A program made the position numbers and the translations under genes. A stretch of 5,557 bases of DNA, taken from the NCBI GenBank assembly GCA_964591795.1, contig CAZQEL010000032.1, positions 1-5,557 on the forward strand. Direction: 5' to 3'. The notes beneath the pieces were generated by a model that worked only from the letters and a program-made list of their open reading frames with translations, was not told the DNA's origin and ran no database searches. Below are positions 1 to 5,557 of this stretch, one piece after another; the first letter of the stretch is position 1; each line of letters begins with the position of its first letter. Source of the stretch: an uncultured archaeon (lineage in GTDB: Archaea > Iainarchaeota > Iainarchaeia > Iainarchaeales > CSSED10-239).

Positions 1-140
1 AAAATAATGACTTTGATGTAAAGATGGCTCATTTTGGATCTGCAAAAGATCTTACTTTTATATCTCCTGCTGATGAATATCAAGTAATTCATAGAAGTTA
101 TCCTCTAAATACTTTTAAAGCAAATTTTAAGTTTAAATAG
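1..140 (+). CDS. 3' end (last 45 codons) of an unidentified protein-coding gene that starts upstream of the window
   Basis: Frame 3 (codons from nt 3) is open from the window edge to TAG at 138-140, reading NNDFDVKMAHFGSAKDLTFISPADEYQVIHRSYPLNTFKANFKFK*. The other two forward frames stop at 5-7 and 19-21. The stretch is visibly less A/T-saturated than the 141-344 spacer that follows. It has no recognisable motif and is too short to name. Confidence 0.35.
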   Translation, partial: NNDFDVKMAHFGSAKDLTFISPADEYQVIHRSYPLNTFKANFKFK

Positions 141-334
141 TTTATTATTTATTATACATAATTAAAAAGAAGCTTTATAAACCTTTTTCTTCTTAACTTA
201 TATAATAACCAACTCTTACAGTTAATAAGTTAATTCAAAATAATTGGCTAAAAAAACTGGCTATCTTTAAAATAACGAAAAATTGTTTTTTTGAAAAACT
301 AATAAATTTAAATTTTTTAAATTAAAGAAAAAAA

Positions 335-340
335 AGGAGA
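335..340 (+). promoter_or_regulatory. Shine-Dalgarno-like ribosome-binding site (AGGAGA) for the first surface-protein gene
   Basis: AAAAAAGGAGA lies just upstream of the candidate starts. GGAG ends 5 nt before TTG345 and 11 nt before ATG351. It follows a long A/T-only spacer. Confidence 0.45.
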
Positions 341-344
341 TTAT

Positions 345-1184
345 TTGATTATGAAGACATATATAAGAAACTTAATGGTTTTTATTGTTTCATCATTAAT
401 CATAACTTTAGTTTTCTCATCAGCACTTCAAGGTGCAAACCCTGTGTTCTCTATTTCAAAAGATGTACACTTAACAGATAAGGCTGTTGAAAAAGAGGTG
501 GTTATTTATAATTTTTTTAATACAACTGCTCAATTTAACTTAAAGCTATATACTACTCCATTCAATTCAGAGATTTCTGAAAATAATTTTTATCTTTCTC
601 CAAATGAATCAAAAATAGTTACATATAAGATTTATCCAATAGATAATTCTCAAGCTGCAGTTTATTCATCAAATTTAGAGGTTTCTGCAAATAATAATAT
701 TTTTAGAGAGTCTTTTATAATAGATCAGGCTTTTAATAAAAAATGTAATGTTTCAGTTGATGTTTTATCTAAATATATAGAAACAAATAGTTATAATATT
801 AAACTAATATTTACAAATGAAGAAAACGATATTAAAACAGTAATTTTAAAAAATATGTCTGGTGCTGTTGATTTCAATGAAAGTAATTTTGAAATAGCAG
901 GTAATTCAAATTATGAATTTGAAACTTTTATTAACACTGAAGATAGTAATGTAAGTTTTGATTATGCTTGTAATAATGTAATTAAAACAAAAATTTCTGA
1001 TCTTGAAAAGAAAAGTTCTTTTTTAGGAATAACAGGTTACATTTCATTACAAGGTATTAATAATTTTATAGAATCTATTTATTTTAAGATTCTTTTAGTT
1101 GTTCTTTTAGTTGTTTTAGTTTTATCTTTTTCAACAAGATATTTAAGACATGTAAATAAGAAAGAAGGAAATGATGTATTATGA
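345..1184 (+). CDS. Secreted, C-terminally membrane-anchored cell-surface protein with two beta-sandwich (CARDB/NEW3-like) modules; predicted glycoprotein, function unknown
   Basis: 279-codon ORF. The true start may be ATG351 rather than TTG345, since both are in frame. The N-terminus (KTYIRNLMVFIVSSLIITLVFSSALQG/ANP) looks like a Sec signal peptide. The C-terminus has a hydrophobic helix (IYFKILLVVLLVVLVLSFS) followed by a basic tail (TRYLRHVNKK). The ectodomain carries 6 N-X-S/T sequons by hand count (NTT, NES, NVS, NMS, NES, NVS). It also has strand-like motifs typical of CARDB/NEW3 folds (VVIYNFFNTTAQFNLKLY ... FYLSPNESKIVTYKIYP). Its stop overlaps the next gene's start (ATGA). Confidence 0.85.
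   Translation: MIMKTYIRNLMVFIVSSLIITLVFSSALQGANPVFSISKDVHLTDKAVEKEVVIYNFFNTTAQFNLKLYTTPFNSEISENNFYLSPNESKIVTYKIYPIDNSQAAVYSSNLEVSANNNIFRESFIIDQAFNKKCNVSVDVLSKYIETNSYNIKLIFTNEENDIKTVILKNMSGAVDFNESNFEIAGNSNYEFETFINTEDSNVSFDYACNNVIKTKISDLEKKSSFLGITGYISLQGINNFIESIYFKILLVVLLVVLVLSFSTRYLRHVNKKEGNDVL
1091..1114 (+). repeat. Perfect in-frame 12-nt tandem duplication (tcttttagttgt x2, plus a partial third copy) inside the TM-anchor coding region
   Basis: Read directly: 1091-1102 equals 1103-1114, and the ttttagtt core recurs once more downstream. It encodes LLVV-LLVV-LV within the C-terminal helix. Confidence 0.9.
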
Positions 1185-3010
1185 ATAAGAGATATTTTAT
1201 ATTTTTAGGAATTATTTTAATTTTAGTAGCTATCTTTAGTGTAAACTTAGCTTCAAATCCAATAGATCTTGTAAATGTAAGTTTTGAGAAAAGTTATTAT
1301 TCTATAGTTTATGGAGATTCATTGAAAGTAAATTATACTATTGAAAATAATAATTTAACAGCTCAAAATGTAATAGTTTATACTGAATGTGATGAGGATG
1401 TTTTAACTTGTGATTTTTCAAAAACCTTCCAGTTAAATTCAAATTCAAGGATGGATTCTTCATTTACAGTTAATTCAATTGATGATGGTTCATCAAATAT
1501 TAAATTTTATGTAAAAGATATGAAAACAAATGATTTGGATAATTATATTTTAAGAGTAGATGTTGATAGATATAATGATGAAGGAAAATTTGAAGTTGAT
1601 TTATCAAAAATATCTTTTTGTCAAAATAGAGCTGAAGAGGTTGTTTTGACTTTTAATAGAGTTTTTTCAAACAATATGTATAATTTATCATTATCAAGTA
1701 ATACTTTGTCTACCTATATTAAAGGTTCAAATGAAAGATATTTAAAATCTGATGATGAAGTTTTAATTAATATGGATACTAGAAATATAGGTGTTGGAAA
1801 TCACACTTTGACTTTAAACATTACAAATGATGTTGTGTCAAGTAAGAAAACATTTGATATTTATGTTTCTAAATGTCAAGAAGTATTAATTTCTGAGTTT
1901 ACAGTTATTGGTGGTCAATCTTTAACACATGTTATTGAAAAAGAAAAACCTTATACTTTAAATTTTATGGTTAAAAATGTTTCTTTAAAAAACAAACATA
2001 TGTTTATTTCTCAAGAATCAGATAATTCTTTAGATATTAATTTTTCAAACAGAGAACTTAGGTTGTCTCCTGGTGAATCAAAGGAAATTAGTTTAGTGTT
2101 TTATGCTAAAAAAGAAATAAGTTCTGGAGATTATCCTGTTGTTTTATCCTTCTTTGACGAAAAAACAACAATTACTAGAAATTTAAGATTTTTAGTTCAA
2201 CCAGAAAGTAATTTAAACATTAGATTACTTCAAAGTAGTGTTCTTTTAGAAATTGGTAAAACTTTTGATATAGGGCTTGTAATTGAAAATAATGGTGATG
2301 TTTTAGAAACAATTTATTTAGAAACAGTTCTTTCTAATGATTTAAGAATGAACAATCTTATAGATAGAGTGACTATCTCACCACATACAACACAGACAAT
2401 AATGCTTACAGTTTCTTCAGGTTCAAATACTGTTGAAAAAACAAGCCAAATAGAGGTATCTGCAAGAAATAGTTCTAATGATTATTCTAAAAGATTTGTT
2501 ATTGATGTTGTTTCTTTTAGAGTAAAGGATTATTTTAAAATTAATTTCTTATCATTTCCATCTGAACTTACAATTGATATAAATGGATCTAAAGATTTTT
2601 CATTTGAAGTTTTCAATTTTGATGATAAGGATATTGTAATTTCTAAAATTGATATTTTAGGTCTTCCTCAAGAAGTAAGTTATGAAATAACTCAATACAC
2701 ATATATTCCTAAAAATTTATCAAGAGTAATAAATGGTAAATTAACTATTGGAGATATACCTTTAAAAGATTATAATGCAACCATAGTATTGTACAGTAAC
2801 ACAGGTGCAGTTCTTTCAAAACCAGTTGTGTTAAAAGTAACAGATGCTTTAGTTAAGTTTAATGACGATGATAAAAAGGCTTATATAACAGGATTTTTTA
2901 CATTGTCAAGATCTGTTTTATTAGGAATTGTCTTTTTAGCATTGTTATTAATTGTTTTATTTTCAACTGGTGCTATTAAAACAAAACATAGAAATCATAC
3001 AAGAAGTTAG
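1181..3010 (+). CDS. Large type-I membrane-anchored cell-surface protein with about five tandem CARDB/NEW3-like beta-sandwich modules; predicted glycoprotein, function unknown
   Basis: 609-codon ORF whose ATG overlaps the upstream stop (ATGA at 1181-1184). A GAAGGAA purine patch sits about 10 nt upstream. The signal-like N-terminus is MNKRYFIFLGIILILVAIFSVNLA/SNP. The C-terminal TM helix (VLLGIVFLALLLIVLFS) is followed by a basic tail (KTKHRNHTRS). About 12 N-X-S/T sequons by hand count. Module signatures recur roughly every 100 aa: VNYTIENNNLTAQNVIVY; YTLNFMVKNVSLKNKHMFIS ... LRLSPGESKEISLVFYAKKEISSGDYPVVLSF; FDIGLVIENNGDVLETIYLE ... TISPHTTQTIMLTV; FSFEVFNFDDKDIVISKIDI. Confidence 0.9.
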   Translation: MNKRYFIFLGIILILVAIFSVNLASNPIDLVNVSFEKSYYSIVYGDSLKVNYTIENNNLTAQNVIVYTECDEDVLTCDFSKTFQLNSNSRMDSSFTVNSIDDGSSNIKFYVKDMKTNDLDNYILRVDVDRYNDEGKFEVDLSKISFCQNRAEEVVLTFNRVFSNNMYNLSLSSNTLSTYIKGSNERYLKSDDEVLINMDTRNIGVGNHTLTLNITNDVVSSKKTFDIYVSKCQEVLISEFTVIGGQSLTHVIEKEKPYTLNFMVKNVSLKNKHMFISQESDNSLDINFSNRELRLSPGESKEISLVFYAKKEISSGDYPVVLSFFDEKTTITRNLRFLVQPESNLNIRLLQSSVLLEIGKTFDIGLVIENNGDVLETIYLETVLSNDLRMNNLIDRVTISPHTTQTIMLTVSSGSNTVEKTSQIEVSARNSSNDYSKRFVIDVVSFRVKDYFKINFLSFPSELTIDINGSKDFSFEVFNFDDKDIVISKIDILGLPQEVSYEITQYTYIPKNLSRVINGKLTIGDIPLKDYNATIVLYSNTGAVLSKPVVLKVTDALVKFNDDDKKAYITGFFTLSRSVLLGIVFLALLLIVLFSTGAIKTKHRNHTRS

Positions 3011-4602
3011 TTTTCTAACTTCTCATCTTTTTTTTTCTGCATAACAACTGACATATTTTGATTCATTTTTTCAATATTTTCGTCAATTACTGCAATAAAT
3101 TGTTTTTTGAATCTATCAATTTCTTTTATTTTATTTTCTAAGGTTTTTTGTAAGTCAACACTTTTTTCTAAATTAGTTTTATAATTTTCTATTTCTGTCA
3201 TTTTATTTTTAAATTCAGTTGCTATTGACGCTTCATAAATTTTAAGTGATTGTTCTATTTTTGTATCAATTGCACTTGTAAGTTCTTCTTCCATGTTTTT
3301 TAATTCAATTAGTTTTTTATTTATTTTTTCTGGATCTGTTTTAGCAACAATCTCTCTTTTTACTTTATTTATTTCACTTAAGTCTTCTTCAACTTCGTTT
3401 TTAATTGCAATTTTAGCTTTTTGTAAAAATTCATTTTTTACCTTTTCAAATCTTTCTTGATATCTATTAGAAAGTTTACTTTTAAAATCATCAAGTTCAT
3501 TTATTTTGTCATAGAGTCTTTTTGGATCTATTTGTTGTTTTATATCTTTTTGGAAATTATTTAATTTTTTAATCTCTGTTCCAATTGAATTTTGTGTATT
3601 TTTAACAAGTCCTTCGGTTATTTTTGATTGAAGTGCAAGAGTACTGTTTATTTCTTTAATTTTTTCATTTAATTTAACAGTCATTGTTGTAAGTATTTTT
3701 GTAATATTTTCTTCAGTACCAGTAGTAATAGAATCTGTTCTTTTTTTAGTTTCTAAAATATTTGTTTTTAGATCATTTTTAAGTGATTCAAATTCATTTG
3801 TAAGTTCTTTAACATTATTTTTATCTTTATCAATAATTTGTATTTTAGAATTTATTTTTGCTTCAGCTATTTTTAATTTAGCCATTTCAGTAATTACTTT
3901 TGTATTTATTTTTCCAACTTCTGAGTTAACTATATTATTTATCATTTTTATAATGTCTTTATTTACTTTTTCTTGAAATTGAGTTGTTTTTTGAATTTCG
4001 CTTTCAATTTTTGATTTAATATTAATTTCAATTGATTTTTGTTTATTTTCAAGCTCTGTTAGTTTAGAATTAATTGTAGTTGCAAGTCCTTTTTGCCATA
4101 TATCTTGATTTCCATTAGAATTATTTTGAATATTAACTGTTGGTTTTGTATATTTTTTATATAAATCTTCTTGATTAATATCTTCGTATTTTTTATAAAT
4201 ATTATTTTCGTCATCTTGAAGTTTACTTTTAAGATCTATGTCAAAGTTTATTTCTTCTTCGTTTTTATTTTTAGATAAATTTTTAAGTTCTGATAATTCA
4301 TCGTCATTGTCGTCTATTGGAGTATCAATTATTTCTCCAGTTTCACTATTGAAAAAATCATTTGGAATCTCTTCTTTTTCTTTTGATTTTTTTGGACTTT
4401 TTGTTTTTTGTTTATTTTCTTTAATATTATTTATTTTTTCTTGAAGTTCACTTTTAGGTGTTTCCTTATCTGTGTTTAATACTAATTTTTTACTTTCTTC
4501 TTTGGACAGACCGATGTTTACTAAATTATCAATTATTTCATTATTAGGCATACCTAAAGATCTTAGTTTCTTTATATTTTCTAGTATTCTTTCATCTGCC
4601 AT
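3007..4602 (-). CDS. Uncharacterised long coiled-coil protein: small N-terminal helical (UBA/HTH-like) domain, charged low-complexity linker, ~360-aa alpha-helical coiled-coil region
   Basis: 531-codon ORF starting 4 nt after the adk stop. Residues 1-43 (ERILENIKKLRSLGMPNNEIIDNLVNIGLSKEESKKLV) read as a compact helix-turn-helix or UBA-like bundle. Residues ~45-165 are K-rich then D/E/N-rich low complexity. Residues ~166-531 are K/E/I/N/L-rich with heptad-like hydrophobic spacing and almost no Pro or Gly. There is no signal peptide, TM segment or catalytic motif. Confidence 0.85.
   Translation of the reverse strand: MADERILENIKKLRSLGMPNNEIIDNLVNIGLSKEESKKLVLNTDKETPKSELQEKINNIKENKQKTKSPKKSKEKEEIPNDFFNSETGEIIDTPIDDNDDELSELKNLSKNKNEEEINFDIDLKSKLQDDENNIYKKYEDINQEDLYKKYTKPTVNIQNNSNGNQDIWQKGLATTINSKLTELENKQKSIEINIKSKIESEIQKTTQFQEKVNKDIIKMINNIVNSEVGKINTKVITEMAKLKIAEAKINSKIQIIDKDKNNVKELTNEFESLKNDLKTNILETKKRTDSITTGTEENITKILTTMTVKLNEKIKEINSTLALQSKITEGLVKNTQNSIGTEIKKLNNFQKDIKQQIDPKRLYDKINELDDFKSKLSNRYQERFEKVKNEFLQKAKIAIKNEVEEDLSEINKVKREIVAKTDPEKINKKLIELKNMEEELTSAIDTKIEQSLKIYEASIATEFKNKMTEIENYKTNLEKSVDLQKTLENKIKEIDRFKKQFIAVIDENIEKMNQNMSVVMQKKKDEKLEN
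3028..3036 (+). terminator. Candidate oligo-T (T9) terminator for the plus-strand surface-protein operon, embedded in the convergent gene's coding sequence
   Basis: A run of nine T begins 18 nt after the TAG at 3008-3010. On the other strand the same bases encode the KKK of ...MQKKKDEKLEN. Oligo-T tracts are the known intrinsic termination signal in archaea. No stable hairpin is evident. Confidence 0.3.
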
Positions 4603-4606
4603 AATT

Positions 4607-5170
4607 TCACACTATCTTTTTGATTTTACTTAATAGTTCTTTTGTAACGTTTTCAATGGTTTGGTTTCCATTTATTTTTATAAGTTTATTTTTATCATTA
4701 TAATAATTTAAAACTAATTTTGTTTTTTCAAAATAAATTTTCAATCTTGTGTTAATTGTGTTTAATGTGTCATCTGCTCTTTTTCTTAATAATAATCTTT
4801 TTATACAATTTTTTTTATTAAGATCAATATAAACAATTCCTTTCAAATTATGTTTGTATTTGTATGAAAAATAGTCAAGTACATGTGCTTGATTAAGAAG
4901 TCTAGGAAATCCATCTATAATTATTCTTTTTGATTTAAGCGAATTTATTTTATTAAATAAAACTTCACAAGTAATTTCAAAAGGAACCATTTCGCCTTTT
5001 TTCATTATTTGTGCAACTAATTTTGCTTCTTTGTGTTTTTCTTTTATAAATTCGTGTAATAGGTCTGATTCAACTATATATTCATATTTTTTAATTTTAG
5101 AAATAATTTCAGCCTGTGTACTTTTCCCGCTACCTTGTGGTCCAAGGAAAATTAAAATATCTTTAGCCAT
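4607..5170 (-). CDS. adk: Adenylate kinase family NMP kinase, short-LID type
   Basis: 187 aa. P-loop GPQGSGKSTQ at residues 10-19. NMP-binding region (DLLHEF ... IMKKGEMVPFEI) aligns with the TGDLLR ... G.LVP region of AK1/Adk. IIIDGFPR is at residues 83-90. LRKRADDTLNTINTRLKIY matches the R..R.DD......RL..Y LID/core arginines with no long LID insert and no Zn-binding cysteines. Confidence 0.88.
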   Translation of the reverse strand: MAKDILIFLGPQGSGKSTQAEIISKIKKYEYIVESDLLHEFIKEKHKEAKLVAQIMKKGEMVPFEITCEVLFNKINSLKSKRIIIDGFPRLLNQAHVLDYFSYKYKHNLKGIVYIDLNKKNCIKRLLLRKRADDTLNTINTRLKIYFEKTKLVLNYYNDKNKLIKINGNQTIENVTKELLSKIKKIV

Positions 5171-5199
5171 GTTTATCTTTTTTTAATTCACTATAATAA

Positions 5200-5207
5200 T
5201 ATATAAA
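5200..5207 (-). promoter_or_regulatory. Candidate archaeal-type TATA box (TTTATATA on the minus strand) for the adk / coiled-coil operon
   Basis: The reverse complement of 5200-5207 is TTTATATA, centred about 34 nt upstream of the adk ATG. That predicts a very short leader. No Shine-Dalgarno motif precedes this ATG (...aaaaaaagataaacATG), which agrees. Many TATA-like strings occur in this A/T-rich spacer, so the assignment is weak. Confidence 0.25.
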
Positions 5208-5287
5208 ACAAATATAATATAAATTTAAGTATACTTATATATTTGTAATATTGCAATGATTTAAAAAGGTTGGTTTTTATAAACTTA

Positions 5288-5321
<34 letters not shown>

Positions 5322-5374
5322 TAATTGAAAATAATTTGTTGTTACAATCAAATCAATATTATTAAAAAAATAAA

Positions 5375-5449
5375 AGACCGGTAGCGAAGTCTGGATATCG
5401 CACAAGCCTCCTAAGCTTGGGATCGTGGGTTCAAATCCCACCCGGTCTG
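5375..5449 (+). tRNA. tRNA-Arg, anticodon CCT (reads AGG); 75 nt, no intron, CCA not encoded
   Basis: Hand-folded cloverleaf with all stems Watson-Crick. Acceptor AGACCGG/CCGGTCT; D stem GCGA/TCGC with loop AGTCTGGATA (G18 G19, A20). Anticodon stem CAAGC/GCTTG with loop CT-CCT-AA (U33, A37). Variable loop GGATC; T stem GTGGG/CCCAC with loop TTCAAAT; discriminator G. It stands out as a sharp G+C-rich island in A/T-rich flanks. Confidence 0.95.
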
Positions 5450-5450
5450 C

Positions 5451-5457
5451 TTTTTTT
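5451..5457 (+). terminator. Oligo-T (T7) tract immediately after the tRNA; likely transcription terminator
   Basis: TTTTTTT starts 2 nt after the discriminator base. Oligo-T is the established archaeal (and Pol III-like) termination signal. No hairpin is needed or seen. Confidence 0.5.
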
Positions 5458-5557
5458 AAGTATTTAGTAAATTATATAAATTAATTTAAATGGTATATAT
5501 TTATAAGTCATTAAAAGAGAGTTTTAAATATAGAAAGAACAAAGATAATTAATTTAA

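Noticed and set aside
192-233. 8-bp inverted repeat TTAACTTA ... TAAGTTAA (192-199 and 226-233, 26-nt spacer), and an AAGAAG ... CTTCTT pairing at about 167-192, in the spacer upstream of the surface-protein operon
   Set aside because: The stems are short and all or mostly A/T, in DNA that is about 80-90% A/T. Such matches are expected by chance and would be thermodynamically weak. I cannot distinguish an operator or terminator from noise without comparative data.
141-334. Specific TATA/BRE assignment for the surface-protein operon promoter (e.g. TTTAAAATA at 266-274, CTTTATAAA at 172-180, AAATTTAAATT at 304-314)
   Set aside because: Several equally plausible TATA-like strings exist in this A/T-saturated spacer, and none has a convincing purine-rich BRE. 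I can say only that a promoter probably lies here. Choosing one would be guesswork without TSS data.
345-440. Possible archaeal class III (type IV pilin-like) signal peptides on the two surface proteins
   Set aside because: Neither N-terminus has the [KR]-[GA]-[small] prepilin-peptidase site directly before the hydrophobic stretch (IRN-LMVF and KRY-FIFL). Both have AxA-like sites after the h-region (ALQG/A and NLA/S), and both carry C-terminal anchors. They are better explained as ordinary Sec signal peptides.
4238-4444. 68-aa plus-strand ORF (MSKFISSSFLFLDKFLSS...) from the six-frame track
   Set aside because: It lies entirely antisense within the 531-aa coiled-coil gene. Its S/F/L-rich low-complexity composition is what the reverse complement of K/E/N-rich codons produces. 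It has no RBS or promoter context and is almost certainly a shadow ORF.
5490-5555. Short ATG-initiated ORF downstream of the tRNA (MVYIYKSLKESFKYRKNKDN*)
   Set aside because: It has only about 20 codons, no RBS, and composition indistinguishable from the A/T-rich spacer. It is likely non-coding.
5450-5557. Possible integrated mobile element or att site at the tRNA 3' end
   Set aside because: The 108 nt downstream show no integrase ORF. No copy of the G+C-rich tRNA 3' half occurs anywhere else in the window. There is not enough flanking sequence to assess further.

Overview
The window is very A+T-rich, about three-quarters A+T by eye (not computed), and tightly packed. It holds four complete genes, one gene tail and one tRNA. 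Plus strand: the last 45 codons of an unidentified gene (to nt 140), a 204-nt spacer, then two translationally coupled genes (345-1184 and 1181-3010, ATGA overlap). Both coupled genes encode signal-peptide-bearing, C-terminally membrane-anchored proteins rich in N-glycosylation sequons. They are built from repeated ~100-aa beta-sandwich (CARDB/NEW3-like) modules. Minus strand: a short-LID adenylate kinase (4607-5170), then 4 nt later a 531-aa protein (3007-4602). That protein has a small N-terminal helical domain, a charged low-complexity linker and about 360 aa of predicted coiled coil. Its stop codon interlocks with the stop of the convergent surface-protein gene (TTAG at 3007-3010). Between adk and a divergent, perfectly folding tRNA-Arg(CCT) (5375-5449, no encoded CCA, followed by T7) lies a perfect (AAT)10 microsatellite. 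I see no CRISPR array, transposase, integrase, toxin-antitoxin pair or recognisable defence gene. TGA and TAG act as stops, so the standard code applies. Oligo-T tracts after transcription units, N-X-S/T-rich type-I surface proteins, overlapping genes and the extreme A+T bias fit a small-genome archaeon, possibly DPANN-like. That is inference; an A+T-rich bacterium is not excluded. The most novel-looking content is the paired surface-protein module, whose two C-terminal tails share an ITG[YF] motif, a TM helix and a basic cluster. The uncharacterised coiled-coil protein co-transcribed with adk comes second. Neither can be assigned a function from sequence alone.
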